Notes under the pieces: model-generated
What the model saw: only the letters and a program-made list of their open reading frames with translations
The model's database searches: none
What the model was told of the DNA's origin: nothing
Translations under genes and position numbers: made by a program
Part shown: positions 19,619-29,188 of the stretch, piece by piece
Layout of the letters: each line of letters opens with the position of its first letter
Position numbering within the stretch: position 1 is the stretch's first letter
Assembly (NCBI GenBank): GCA_017408855.1
Contig: JAFQTW010000069.1
Coordinates: forward strand, 5,858 to 69,857
Origin: Oscillospiraceae bacterium
GTDB lineage: Bacteria > Bacillota > Clostridia > Oscillospirales > Ruminococcaceae
DNA length: 64,000 bases
Direction of reading: 5' to 3'

Positions 19619-20902
19619 TTAAAACCTCACAGTAATGGCGTTGGCGTGGGCGGTGAGACCTTCTTTTTCCGCCACGCATACGATATCCTCCGCGGCGTTT
19701 TTCAGCGCCTCTTCGGTGTAATAGATAAAGCTGGAACGTTTCACGAAGCTGTCCACCGACAGGGGGGAGAAAAAGCGTGCCGTTCCGCTGGTGGGAAGAA
19801 CATGGTTGGGTCCGGCGTAGTAGTCGCCCAAAGGCTCGGGGGAATATTTGCCCAGAAATACCGAGCCGGCGTTATCGAAAAAGCCCACCTGCGACAGGGG
19901 GTCGCGGGTCATCACTTCCAGATGCTCCGGCGCGATCTGGTTGGCAAGCGCTACCATCTGGGCAAAGCTTTGGCAAAGGATGACGGCACCGAAGTTTTCC
20001 AGCGCCTCGTCGATGATCGTTTCGCGGGACAAAAGCTTTTTCTGCCGTTGGATCTCTTCGACGGTTTTTTGGCAGACCGTTTCGTCGGTGCAGAGAAGGA
20101 TCGAAGAAGCGAGGCGGTCGTGCTCCGCCTGACTCATCAGGTCCGCCGCCAGAAACCTGGGATCGGCGGTCTCGTCGGCGACCACCAGAATCTCGCTGGG
20201 TCCGGCGATCATGTCGATATCCACCTGACCGTACAAAAGCTTTTTGGCGGTGGCAACATAGATGTTGCCCGGTCCCACGATCTTATCCACCTGCGGGATG
20301 CTCTCGGTGCCGTAGGCCAGTGCCGCCACCGCCTGCGCGCCGCCGGTGAGGAACACCCGGTCCACCCCGGCGATGGCTGCCGCGGTGAGGATGTCCGGAT
20401 TGGCTTTGCCGTCTTTTCCGGGCGGGGTGACCATGACCAGCTCTTTCACGCCGGCGATGCGGGCGGGGACCGCGTTCATCAAAACCGACGAGGGGTAGGC
20501 GGCGGTGCCGCCGGGAACATACAGTCCCACCCGGGCAAGACCCCGGACCCGCTGACCTAAGATCACGCCGTTGGGCTGCGTGTCGATAAAGCTCTGCTGC
20601 TTTTGTCTTTCGTGGAATTTTGCGATATTCTCAGCCGAATTGCGCAGCGCCCTGACGAATTTGGGATCCGCCGCCGCCAGCGCCGCCTCGATCTCCTCTT
20701 TGGAAATTTCCAGCTTGTCGGGGGCTTTGCCGTCAAACTTTTCGGCATACATCGCAAGGGCTTTGTCGCCGTCGCGGCGAACGGTCTCGATGATCTCGGT
20801 GACCACCGCGGTGACCTTGCGGTCCACCTCGCCGCTGCGGGATTTTAAAAGAGAAAGGGCCTGCTGCTCGGCATTGCCGTCGGCCCGGATGATGTTCAGC
20901 AT
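19619..20902 (-). CDS. hisD: histidinol dehydrogenase
   Basis: 427 aa with a SQAEHD motif. Confidence 0.9.
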   Translation of the reverse strand: MLNIIRADGNAEQQALSLLKSRSGEVDRKVTAVVTEIIETVRRDGDKALAMYAEKFDGKAPDKLEISKEEIEAALAAADPKFVRALRNSAENIAKFHERQKQQSFIDTQPNGVILGQRVRGLARVGLYVPGGTAAYPSSVLMNAVPARIAGVKELVMVTPPGKDGKANPDILTAAAIAGVDRVFLTGGAQAVAALAYGTESIPQVDKIVGPGNIYVATAKKLLYGQVDIDMIAGPSEILVVADETADPRFLAADLMSQAEHDRLASSILLCTDETVCQKTVEEIQRQKKLLSRETIIDEALENFGAVILCQSFAQMVALANQIAPEHLEVMTRDPLSQVGFFDNAGSVFLGKYSPEPLGDYYAGPNHVLPTSGTARFFSPLSVDSFVKRSSFIYYTEEALKNAAEDIVCVAEKEGLTAHANAITVRF

Positions 20903-20923
20903 AAAGGGTCTCCTCCTGTTTTG

Positions 20924-21559
20924 TTATCGGTCGAGACCGGCTTCCAGCCGGCTGACCAGCGATTCGATCTCGTCTTTTCTCAGTTTCAAGCTGGCGATGT
21001 TCACCACCAGACGGGCGGAGATATCGCAGATCCAGCGGGTCACTTCCAGCCCGTTTTCCTTTAAGGTCGCGCCGGTCTCCACGATGTCCACGATGCCGTC
21101 GGCCAGTCCCAGAAGAGGTGCCAGCTCCACCGAGCCTTCGATCTTGACCACGTCCACGTCCATGGAGCGGTTTTCGAAATAGCTGCGGGCGATCTTGGGG
21201 TATTTGGTGGCGATGGTCTTGGAAGCGTAGCCGCCGAAAAAGTCCTCGCCTTTTTTAACTGCCAGGGCAAAGCGGCATTTGCCAAAGCCCAGATCCAAAA
21301 GCTCGTACAGGCTGTTTCCGTTTTCCAAAACGGTGTCTCTGCCCACGATGCCCATATCGCAGACGCCGTTTTCCACATAGGTGATCACGTCCGCCGCTTT
21401 TGCCAGCACCACTTCGGCGCCGATATCCGAAAGGGGAAGGATCAGCCGCCGACCCTTTTGGTGCAGAGCGGTGCAGTCCACGCCGATTTTTTCCAGCAGC
21501 GCTACCGTATCCTTTTCCAGCCGCCCTTTGGTCAGCGCGATGCGCAAAGGTCGTTTCAT
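20924..21559 (-). CDS. hisG: ATP phosphoribosyltransferase, short form
   Basis: MKRPLRIALTKGRLEKD... I chose ATG 21559. ATGA overlap with the hisZ stop. Confidence 0.9.
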   Translation of the reverse strand: MKRPLRIALTKGRLEKDTVALLEKIGVDCTALHQKGRRLILPLSDIGAEVVLAKAADVITYVENGVCDMGIVGRDTVLENGNSLYELLDLGFGKCRFALAVKKGEDFFGGYASKTIATKYPKIARSYFENRSMDVDVVKIEGSVELAPLLGLADGIVDIVETGATLKENGLEVTRWICDISARLVVNIASLKLRKDEIESLVSRLEAGLDR

Positions 21560-22767
21560 CTGACCGGTTCTCCTTTCCCGTCGATTTTTGTTGTTTTGTT
21601 TTCCTCTACAATATATAAGGTAGGGATGCCTTTTTGCGCGGCGTATTCCGCCGCTTCCTCTTTGCTTTGGTGCAGGCTCGTCTCGCACAAAAGACCCTGT
21701 CCGCACAGCTCATCCAGCAGGGACTGACCGGTGCGGCAGCTGTTTTCGTCCCAGAAAACCAGCGCGTCGGGACCCTTTTCCTGCAGGGGAGCCGTTTTCT
21801 GCAGATAGTCGGCGATGGCGTCGATCTGCAGAGCAAAGCCGATGGCGGGCTTCTGCAGTCCGAAATCGTCCAGCAGATGATCGTACCGACCGCCGGAGAG
21901 GACCGGCTGTCCCACACCGGACAGGTAGCCCCGGAACAAAACGCCGGTGTAGTACTCCGCCTGATTGACCAGACCGAAATCCACCAGTACGGTCAGATCC
22001 GGCTGTGCCTGCCGCAGCTGACGGTACAGGTTCTGGGTCTCCTGCAGCGCCGCCTGAAATTCCGGCTGGGAAGAAAGCTTGGCTGCCCGGGCAAACACCT
22101 CGCCGCCGCCGAACAGCTGCGGCAGCTTTTGCAGCGCCTGTGCCGTATCGACAGGACTCAGACCCTCCAGCAGCTCGCCGAGGGCGGCATAGCTTTTGGA
22201 TTCGATCAGCTGCCGGATCTCTTCTTTGCGGCTTTCCGGTGCCGACAGCTCGTTGATGAGCGCCCGGAACACGCCGATGTGTCCGATCTCAAGGGTAAAG
22301 TCGCCGGCGCCGCAGGCGGCAAGACACCGCTGCGCGGTGAACAGCATCTCCAGATCCGCCTTTTGCCCTTTGGCGCCGATCAGCTCGGCACCGCACTGAC
22401 TGACCTCGTCCAGCCGCCCGCGCATGGTCGGCTCGGACCGGAAGGCGGTTTGGCTGTAACACAGCCGCAGGGGATCTTTTTCATTCTGCAGGCGGGTGGC
22501 GCAAAGCCGTGCGATGGGAATGGTGGAATCGGGCCTTAAAACCAAAAGGCGACCCCGGCCATCCACCAGCTTGTACATACTTTCCTGCGGAAAGTAGCGG
22601 CTTTGGCCGAACAGGTCGTAGAATTCCATGGCGGGGGTCATCACCGGGCGAAAGCCCCGGCTCTGCAGCTGCCCCATCACAGCGGATGTGATATTTTGAC
22701 GGACGGTGTATTCCTTAAAGAGGATGTCACGGGTGCCGTCCGGAGTGATCTTATCGTAGGTTCTCAA
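21556..22767 (-). CDS. hisZ: ATP phosphoribosyltransferase regulatory subunit
   Basis: HisRS-like paralog beginning (TTG)RTYDKITPDGTRDILF. TTG 22767 is the first start codon downstream of the predicted promoter, so the start is uncertain. Confidence 0.8.
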   Translation of the reverse strand: MRTYDKITPDGTRDILFKEYTVRQNITSAVMGQLQSRGFRPVMTPAMEFYDLFGQSRYFPQESMYKLVDGRGRLLVLRPDSTIPIARLCATRLQNEKDPLRLCYSQTAFRSEPTMRGRLDEVSQCGAELIGAKGQKADLEMLFTAQRCLAACGAGDFTLEIGHIGVFRALINELSAPESRKEEIRQLIESKSYAALGELLEGLSPVDTAQALQKLPQLFGGGEVFARAAKLSSQPEFQAALQETQNLYRQLRQAQPDLTVLVDFGLVNQAEYYTGVLFRGYLSGVGQPVLSGGRYDHLLDDFGLQKPAIGFALQIDAIADYLQKTAPLQEKGPDALVFWDENSCRTGQSLLDELCGQGLLCETSLHQSKEEAAEYAAQKGIPTLYIVEENKTTKIDGKGEPVR

Positions 22768-22800
22768 GACTTTTTCCTGCTTTCGCTTTAGTGTGCTAAC

Positions 22801-22829
22801 ATGATAACACGACAAACCCACGATGTCAA
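22801..22829 (-). promoter_or_regulatory. promoter of the his operon
   Basis: On the minus strand: TTGACA, 17-nt spacer, TATCAT. It lies ~35 nt upstream of the hisZ start, which leaves no room for a T-box or attenuator leader. Confidence 0.5.
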
Positions 22830-22897
22830 TGCCCGTTCCGCATAACTTTCGCCGGATCGGTCGCCGCTTTTTGCCATTTTCCACAAATCCCCGCCGA

Positions 22898-22926
22898 TTG
22901 ACAAATCCTCTGCCGGATGGGATAAT
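22898..22926 (+). promoter_or_regulatory. promoter of the HAD hydrolase gene
   Basis: TTGACA, 17-nt spacer, GATAAT. Divergent from the his promoter. Confidence 0.5.
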
Positions 22927-22949
22927 CAAAGCGGAAAGGGGAGAGCCTT

Positions 22950-23642
22950 TTGAAACAATACGAGTTTTTGCTGTTCGACGCCGACGGCACCCTGCTGAAC
23001 TTTGATCTGTGCGAGGAAAAAGCCCTGCGGGATACGCTGGCCCATTATCAGATGGACGGCTCCGACGAAACGGTACATGCTTATCACAAATTCAACGCCG
23101 ACCTGTGGGAACGCTTTAACCACGGGGAGATCGACCGCGCCTTTTTGCTCATCGACCGCTTTCGCCAGCTGATCGCCTATCTGGGTCGGCAGGACGACCC
23201 CGCCGCCGTCAACCGCTTTTATATGGAACAGCTCAGCTGCCATGCGGATCTGCTGGAGGAAAGCTGGGAAATTTGTAATATCCTTAAAGAAAAATACAAA
23301 ATGTATATTATCACCAACGGCGCCAGCTTTACCCAGCACGGACGCTTTGCCGTTTGCCCCCTGACCCCGCTGTTCGAAAAGATCTTTATCTCCGAGGACA
23401 TGGGGGTGCAGAAGCCCCATAAGGATTATTTCGATGCGGTGGCCGCCGATATCGAAGGCTTTGACCCGGAAAAAGCGCTGGTCATCGGCGATTCTCTCTC
23501 TTCGGACATTCTCGGCGCCAACAACGCCGGCATCGACTGTGTGTGGTACAATCCCGCCGCGCTGCCCATAAAAGAGGGGGTCCACTGCGAATATGAGGTG
23601 CGCCGCCTGCGGCAGCTTTTGGAGATTTTGGGCGAAGAATAA
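22950..23642 (+). CDS. HAD-IA family hydrolase (YjjG-like nucleotidase type)
   Basis: TTG start with a GAAAGGGGAG RBS. Motifs LLFDADGTLL and GDSLSSDILGA. Confidence 0.75.
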   Translation: MKQYEFLLFDADGTLLNFDLCEEKALRDTLAHYQMDGSDETVHAYHKFNADLWERFNHGEIDRAFLLIDRFRQLIAYLGRQDDPAAVNRFYMEQLSCHADLLEESWEICNILKEKYKMYIITNGASFTQHGRFAVCPLTPLFEKIFISEDMGVQKPHKDYFDAVAADIEGFDPEKALVIGDSLSSDILGANNAGIDCVWYNPAALPIKEGVHCEYEVRRLRQLLEILGEE

Positions 23643-23670
23643 AAAATCCGAAAAAATTTGAATTTTATTG

Positions 23671-23699
23671 TTGACAACCGCAAATCCTTTTGATATAAT
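23671..23699 (+). promoter_or_regulatory. promoter of tRNA-Lys
   Basis: TTGACA, 17-nt spacer, TATAAT (consensus). Confidence 0.6.
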
Positions 23700-23718
23700 A
23701 AGCAAGCGCCAATGAGAT

Positions 23719-23794
23719 GAACCACTAGCTCAGTTGGCAGAGCATTTGACTTTTAATCAAAGGGTCCGGGGTTCGAATCCCCGGTGGTTCACCA
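23719..23794 (+). tRNA. tRNA-Lys (anticodon UUU), CCA encoded
   Basis: A cloverleaf folds by hand. Acceptor stem GAACCAC/GTGGTTC, D arm GCTC..GAGC, anticodon arm TTTGA-CTTTTAA-TCAAA, T arm CGGGG-TTCGAAT-CCCCG, discriminator A, then CCA. Confidence 0.9.
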
Positions 23795-23796
23795 GC

Positions 23797-23830
23797 AAAA
23801 AGCCACGACTTCGGTCGTGGCTTTTTTGTT
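23797..23830 (+). terminator. terminator after tRNA-Lys
   Basis: AGCCACGAC-ttcg-GTCGTGGCT followed by TTTTTT. Confidence 0.7.
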
Positions 23831-24020
23831 TTTCCGGGACAGTTTCGTCCTTGGCTAAGAAAGAGTAAATTTTCCGCGGCCCCGACGGAAAGAAAACAAA
23901 GCAGGACATTTTGCGGTTTTTGCCCCCTTTTTTGTCGAAAAAAAGTATGATATAATCTATCTGTTATGGTCATTTGGCCGTCCGCGCGTTTGCGGGAAAT
24001 ACAAAGAAGGAGAGTTTCTT

Positions 24021-25049
24021 ATGCTTGCACAGTTTTTTGCCTGGTATAACGGACTGACCGACAGTCTGCTGGGATCCCTTGTTCTGTTTGCGGCAGGCGT
24101 TGTCCTGCTGATCAAAGGCGGCGACTGGTTTGTTGACAGCGCCGTTGGCATCGCAAAACGGTTCCGTGTACCGGAGATCATCATCGGTGCTACCGTTGTT
24201 TCCATCGGTACCACTCTGCCGGAGGTAATGGTTTCGGTTACCGCGGCGGTAAACAACAATGGCGCCATCGCTTACGGCAACGCCATCGGTTCCATCATCT
24301 GCAACACCTCGCTGATCGCGGCGCTGACCATTGCCATCCGCCCCGCACCGGTGGACCGCAGTGCCGTTAAGACCCCTGTTCTGTTCTTCTTTGCCTCGGC
24401 TGCGATCTATGTCGTTGCGGCGTATGTATTCGGTCGCTTTGACAGATGGCTGGGCATCGTGATGCTGCTGGTCTTTGCGGTTTACATGACCATGACCATC
24501 CGCAAAGGCTTTGCCAATCCTGCCGAAGCTGCCTCGGAGCATGACGACGAAGCACCCGAGGGCTCTTTTGTAAAAGATCTGATCGTTCTTGTGATCAGCG
24601 CAGCACTCATTGCGATCGGCGCTGACATGCTGGAAGGCTCTTCCGTATCGCTGTCTCTGATGGCCGGCATCCCCACCGAGGTGGTTGGTGTTACCGTTGT
24701 TGCGCTGTGCACCTCGCTGCCCGAGCTGGTCACCGCTGTCACCGCTCTGATAAAAGGTCACGGCGCGCTGTCGCTGGGCAACATCATCGGTGCGAACATC
24801 TTCAATCTGGTACTGGTATCCGGCTGTGCTGTTACCATTTCTCCCTTTACCATTCCCGAGGGAAGCAAGCTGTTCGGCTACAACACCTCTCAGCTGATCG
24901 AGATCCCGCTGATGATCGCGGTCATGGCGCTGATGACGCTGCCCACTCTGAAAAAGGGCAAGCTGCAGCGCTGGCAGGGTGTGACCCTGCTGGGCATCTA
25001 CGCCGCATTCGTGGTACTGCAGGTTTTGATCGCTCTGCACATCTTCTAG
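24021..25049 (+). CDS. calcium/sodium antiporter (CaCA / YrbG family)
   Basis: 342-aa polytopic protein with two alpha-repeats (GATVVSIGTTLPE and VVALCTSLPEL). Confidence 0.8.
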   Translation: MLAQFFAWYNGLTDSLLGSLVLFAAGVVLLIKGGDWFVDSAVGIAKRFRVPEIIIGATVVSIGTTLPEVMVSVTAAVNNNGAIAYGNAIGSIICNTSLIAALTIAIRPAPVDRSAVKTPVLFFFASAAIYVVAAYVFGRFDRWLGIVMLLVFAVYMTMTIRKGFANPAEAASEHDDEAPEGSFVKDLIVLVISAALIAIGADMLEGSSVSLSLMAGIPTEVVGVTVVALCTSLPELVTAVTALIKGHGALSLGNIIGANIFNLVLVSGCAVTISPFTIPEGSKLFGYNTSQLIEIPLMIAVMALMTLPTLKKGKLQRWQGVTLLGIYAAFVVLQVLIALHIF

Positions 25050-25127
25050 GCCCGAAGGTCGGGCTCCCGATGACGGGATTTCGGCCGATCCGGCAGGAAA
25101 CTGCATCACCCGCGGCTGAGCTTATAC

Positions 25128-25168
25128 GAAAAAAGACCCCATCCTCTTGGATGGGGTCTTGCTTTTTG
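25128..25168. terminator. bidirectional terminator
   Basis: GACCCCATCC-tctt-GGATGGGGTC flanked by an A-run and a T-run. Confidence 0.6.
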
Positions 25169-25173
25169 CAGGG

Positions 25174-26367
25174 CTATTTGCAGGCGAGAACGGCTTTGTA
25201 GAAGTCGTTCATCTCTTCCTCGGTGGAGAACACCGCCACATACATCCGGTTGCCCATGGCGCCTGCCAGCGCGTCGGGGATGCGTCCGACCATCTTCATC
25301 TGGCTGCCGTAGCGGTCCATAATGTCCTCGTGGGTCAGGACGAAATCCTTGCCGTCACGCAGTCCGGCAAAGGCGCAGAACTGATGGTCGCCCACCGGCA
25401 TCTGCGAATCGCCGTAAGCGATCATGTCCGCCCAGATCTTGTAGACGTTGGTGGAATGGGCAAAGTTGATCATGTCGGGGGTAAAGCCGCCGCAGGGGCG
25501 CATGTTGACCTCCAGCGCCATAATCTGACCTTTTTTGCCCAGACCCTCGTGGTCGGACAGCAGACGGAAGAACTCAAAGTGAACGAAACGGCTCTTTACG
25601 CCAAAGCTCTTAACGGTGGCACGACCGGCGGCACGGGTGTCCTCCGGCAGATCTTTCAGGATGTAGTAGATGGAGTTGTCGTTGTCGTTTACAATGTCCA
25701 TGACCGAGTTGGGGGTCACGTTGCCGGTCTCGAACAGCGGCTCGCCGTTTTCGTCGATGATGGCATCGTAGCTGTTTACCTCGGCGTGGACGAACTCTTC
25801 CATGATATAGGGTACGTTTTCCGGACGGCTCGCCATAAAGTGGGACAGATCCTCGTCGGATTTGAGCTTGTAGGTCGCCGCGGCGCCAACGCCGTTGTCC
25901 GGCTTGACCACCACCGGATAGCCGACCTCTTCGATAAAGGCGCGGCAGCCGGTCCAGTCATCCACCAGATGGTAGCGGGCAACGGGAATGCCCACCTTCT
26001 GATAGTATTCCTTCATCTTGGATTTGTACTTGATGCGGGGCAGGTCGTATACCTGAAAACCGCTGTTGATGTTAAAGTCGGTGCGCAGATGCGCATCCTG
26101 CTCCAGCCAGTATTCGTTGTTGGATTCCAGCCAGTCGATCCGTCCGTATTTAAAGGTAAAGAAAGCAACGGCACGGTATACCTCGTCGTAGTTTTCCATC
26201 GAGCCGACCTTGTAGTATTCGGTCAGACTCTCCTTCAGTTCCGGCATCAGCTCGTCGTAGGGCTGATCACCGATGCCCAGCACGTTCATGCCGTTGTTTC
26301 TCATTTCTCGGCAGAACTGCCAGTAGTTGGTGGGAAAGTTGGGGGAAATAAAGATCACATTTTTCAT
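25174..26367 (-). CDS. ATP-grasp domain protein (carboxylate-amine ligase-like), function unknown
   Basis: Pre-ATP-grasp plus ATP-grasp pattern (...KMKEYYQKVGIPVARYHLV...GYPVVVKPDNGVGAAATYKL...). The start is either ATG 26367 or TTG 26406. Third gene of a tight operon. Confidence 0.7.
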   Translation of the reverse strand: MKNVIFISPNFPTNYWQFCREMRNNGMNVLGIGDQPYDELMPELKESLTEYYKVGSMENYDEVYRAVAFFTFKYGRIDWLESNNEYWLEQDAHLRTDFNINSGFQVYDLPRIKYKSKMKEYYQKVGIPVARYHLVDDWTGCRAFIEEVGYPVVVKPDNGVGAAATYKLKSDEDLSHFMASRPENVPYIMEEFVHAEVNSYDAIIDENGEPLFETGNVTPNSVMDIVNDNDNSIYYILKDLPEDTRAAGRATVKSFGVKSRFVHFEFFRLLSDHEGLGKKGQIMALEVNMRPCGGFTPDMINFAHSTNVYKIWADMIAYGDSQMPVGDHQFCAFAGLRDGKDFVLTHEDIMDRYGSQMKMVGRIPDALAGAMGNRMYVAVFSTEEEMNDFYKAVLACK

Positions 26368-26412
26368 GTTTTTCAACTCTTTTCGCTCAAAAATGTCAGA
26401 ATACAAAGCCTT

Positions 26413-27165
26413 TTACAGCAGTTTGGGCAGGAAGTAGATCACCTGCTTGTACCACCATTCCCAGTCGTGGAACACATCGTGTCCCCAAACATCCACCCAC
26501 AGATGGATGCCCTTTTCCTCGAACAGCTGCTTTAACCGCAGGGTGGTGTCCGGCTGCTCCCAGCTGCCCTGACCCACGCAGATCACGCCCTTGCCCTCGT
26601 TGATCTTGCCGATGAAGGGATGGTCGGCGGGCAGGTTCGCCATGTAGTGGACGGGCGAGTTCTGGTAGACCACCTCATCCATGTAAGAGCCAAAGCCGTA
26701 TTCCGAGGTAAAGATGCCGGACAAAGCCAGGCAGTTGTCGAACACCTCGGGGAACCGCAGCCGCAGGTTCACCGCATGGGAGGCGCCCAGGCTGCAGCCA
26801 AAGGTCATGATGCGCTGGTCAAAGCCGTTTCTCTCGGCGGCACGGCTGCGCAGAAAGGGAGAAGCCTCGTCCACCAGATAGCGGATCCAGCTTTCGTGGC
26901 GGCGGGCCCGCCAGAAGGGGTTGCCGTTGGGGTCGGACCAGGTCTCTTTGTCCATGGTGTCGATGGCAAGGACCATGATCTGACCCGATTCGATCCAGGG
27001 CGCCATGGTGCCGGCCAGATGAAAGTTTTCAAAATCGAAAAAGCGGCCGTCCTGGCAGGGGATGAACAGGACCGGCTTTCCGCCGTGACCGTAAACCTTG
27101 CACTCCATCTCCCGGTCGAGATTGGGACTGTACCATTTGGTGTAAAACGTCTCCATAGGAAACAC
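26413..27165 (-). CDS. esterase family (alpha/beta hydrolase) protein
   Basis: 250 aa. Nucleophile elbow GCSLGA and a C-terminal WGHDVFHDW motif. Confidence 0.7.
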   Translation of the reverse strand: MFPMETFYTKWYSPNLDREMECKVYGHGGKPVLFIPCQDGRFFDFENFHLAGTMAPWIESGQIMVLAIDTMDKETWSDPNGNPFWRARRHESWIRYLVDEASPFLRSRAAERNGFDQRIMTFGCSLGASHAVNLRLRFPEVFDNCLALSGIFTSEYGFGSYMDEVVYQNSPVHYMANLPADHPFIGKINEGKGVICVGQGSWEQPDTTLRLKQLFEEKGIHLWVDVWGHDVFHDWEWWYKQVIYFLPKLL

Positions 27166-27171
27166 CTCCTT

Positions 27172-27957
27172 TTATTCTTGCGGGTTTTCCTCGTCCGCCT
27201 GATAAAACAGGGCCTGCATAAAACTGGGGATCTGCTTTTCCCAGCTGGCTTCGCAGTGGGTGCCGCCGGGAACGATGCGGAAGGAGACCGACACGCCCCG
27301 CTGACACAGACGGGTCACGCAGCGCAGCAGCGCGGGCAGCATATCCTTGTGATTGGCGATCTCTTTCTCTCCGTAGTCCAGATACAGCGCCGTGTCGCCG
27401 TGCAGCCGCGCGGTCTGCAGCATCCGGTCGAAACGCCGCGGTGCCACCCAGACCGAAGGGGACAGCGCCGCCCCGCGGGAAAAGACCGCGTTGTAGGCCA
27501 TCACGCCGTAAAGGGTCATCAGCCCGCCCATGGAAGAGCCGGCCAGAAAGGTATGCTCCCGGTCGGGCAGCGTGGGATAGCGGCTGTCGATAAAGGGCTT
27601 AAAGACCCCGACCAGATAGTCCATGGTCTTTTTGCCCCGTCCGGAGATCTTGCCGATGTTTTTTGCGGAAAAGGAAAAGGGAGAATATTCGCTCAGCCGT
27701 CCGCCGTCGGGATGGTGGTTGCATTCCACCGCCGCCACGATGAGCGGGACTTCGTTTTCCTCCAGATACTCTTTCATCCCCCAGCTTTTGCCGTAGGTGG
27801 CATCCTTGTCGAAAAAGACGTTGTGTCCGTCGAACATATAAAGGACCGGATAGCGCCGGTCTGGATGAGAAGCCGCCTCGTCCGGGACGTAAATGTAAGC
27901 CCAGCGCGGCTCGCGGCCGGTCAGAGTCGGGATGGTGACCTTCCATTTTCGGATCAC
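27172..27957 (-). CDS. esterase family (alpha/beta hydrolase) protein
   Basis: 261 aa. Motifs YPVLYMFDGHN, nucleophile elbow GSSMGG, and GGTH. Confidence 0.7.
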   Translation of the reverse strand: MIRKWKVTIPTLTGREPRWAYIYVPDEAASHPDRRYPVLYMFDGHNVFFDKDATYGKSWGMKEYLEENEVPLIVAAVECNHHPDGGRLSEYSPFSFSAKNIGKISGRGKKTMDYLVGVFKPFIDSRYPTLPDREHTFLAGSSMGGLMTLYGVMAYNAVFSRGAALSPSVWVAPRRFDRMLQTARLHGDTALYLDYGEKEIANHKDMLPALLRCVTRLCQRGVSVSFRIVPGGTHCEASWEKQIPSFMQALFYQADEENPQE

Positions 27958-27986
27958 GCAAACGCCTCCCTTTGAAATGATAGTCC

Positions 27987-28015
27987 ATTATAGCACAAAA
28001 CGGTCTGTCTTGCAA
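27987..28015 (-). promoter_or_regulatory. promoter of the esterase-esterase-ATP-grasp operon
   Basis: On the minus strand: TTGCAA, 17-nt spacer, TATAAT. Confidence 0.5.
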
Positions 28016-28040
28016 CAAACCGTCTTTGCTGTGCGGACGG

Positions 28041-28754
28041 CTACCGGAAAAGTGCCTGCAGCTGTCCGATCAAATTTTCTGCCGAAGCTTTCAAAAAAGC
28101 CAGTTTTTCTTTTTCCTGCAGATACAGCTGTTCCCAGTCTGTCTCCGGGAGAGAGACCGTCAGCTTCGGCGCCGTCAGGTCGTGGGGGTTGAGCCACCCG
28201 GAAGAGACGCCGCTGCCGCCCCAGCCGTCCAAAAGCTGCTGCCCCTCGCCCAGAAACCAGACCTTCGCCGGGTCGAGGGTGGAATCCACCGAACCTTTTT
28301 TGATGATCTTTCCCGATGAGCGGATGCCCACCGCGTGCTGCGGATAAGCGGTATCGCTGTCAAATTCCAGATGCAGATGGGGTCCCGATGTATTGGCGCC
28401 GGTGTTCCCGTAGACCCCCAGCTTTTCGCCCCGCAGCACCGTCTGCCCCGCCCGGACCGAGATCTTGTCCAGATGGAACATCCGGCAGGCGAGGGACAGG
28501 ACCCGCCCGTCCGGCAGGCAGACGTCGGGAAACAAAAGCACCAGGGCGTTTCCCATCCGCTCTTTTGCGGAATTTCCGTCCATCCCCGCGGCGATGACGG
28601 TGCCGTTTCCCGGGGAATAAACGGTGCGGTTTTTGTCCGGCTCGCCAAGGTCGATGCCGTAGTGGGGATAGCCCCAGCTTTTTTGATAGGCGGCGGTCTT
28701 GTAGCCGGCGTTGACGTTGCAGTTTCGAAGGGGAAGGATCAGCTTCTGACTCAT
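28041..28754 (-). CDS. M23 family metallopeptidase (LytM domain), no signal peptide
   Basis: HYGIDL (HxxxD) and GPHLHLE (HxH) motifs. ATGA overlap with the holin stop. Confidence 0.8.
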   Translation of the reverse strand: MSQKLILPLRNCNVNAGYKTAAYQKSWGYPHYGIDLGEPDKNRTVYSPGNGTVIAAGMDGNSAKERMGNALVLLFPDVCLPDGRVLSLACRMFHLDKISVRAGQTVLRGEKLGVYGNTGANTSGPHLHLEFDSDTAYPQHAVGIRSSGKIIKKGSVDSTLDPAKVWFLGEGQQLLDGWGGSGVSSGWLNPHDLTAPKLTVSLPETDWEQLYLQEKEKLAFLKASAENLIGQLQALFR

Positions 28755-29188
28755 GGCTGCTCCTTTCCGTCACCTTTGTCCTTCAGCAGGTCGATGGCGT
28801 TTTTCAGCGGCTTTGGGATGGGTACCCCCATCAGCCCCGCGTTTTCCAGCAGGCTGATGGCTTCGCCCGCCAGAAAGGCGGTGACGGTGCCGTCCCGGAT
28901 GACCGAGCTGCCCATGAGCCGGTCCAGTGCCGCCGCCACCAGCACCACCATCAGCGCGCCGCCCTTGCGCCACAGCCCCTGCCGGCAGACCTGCGAGGAC
29001 AGCGCCCCCGATTCGGTTTTGTTGGAACGGTGGAACACCGCTGCCACCACAAGTCCCGACAGATAATCCAGCCCCATAAAAGAAAGCAGCGTCCAGAACA
29101 GTCCGTCCAGACCGCCGAACAGAAAGGACGCGCCTGCGCCCGCCGTGGCTGCGGCGGCGGACAGGACCTTCATCCAGCCGTTATTCAT
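28751..29188 (-). CDS. phage-type holin (holin 4_1 / toxin-secretion holin family)
   Basis: MNNGWMKVLSAAAATAGAGASFLFGGLDGLFWTLLSFMGLDYLSG... has three TM segments and a charged C-terminal tail. I chose ATG 29188, inside the longer track ORF. Confidence 0.75.
   Translation of the reverse strand: MNNGWMKVLSAAAATAGAGASFLFGGLDGLFWTLLSFMGLDYLSGLVVAAVFHRSNKTESGALSSQVCRQGLWRKGGALMVVLVAAALDRLMGSSVIRDGTVTAFLAGEAISLLENAGLMGVPIPKPLKNAIDLLKDKGDGKEQP

Noticed and set aside
22768-22897. T-box or attenuator leader for the his operon
   Set aside because: The predicted promoter leaves only ~35 nt before the hisZ start. That is too short for a T-box or a leader peptide, and no His-codon run is present.
25135-25158. 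Possible repeat family: terminator stems at 25135-25158 and 35319-35342 share CCCCATCC...GGATGGGG arms, and 59325-59342 is related
   Set aside because: Only 8 nt per arm is shared, and each hairpin sits exactly where a terminator is expected. These are most likely convergent simple hairpins, not a mobile repeat.
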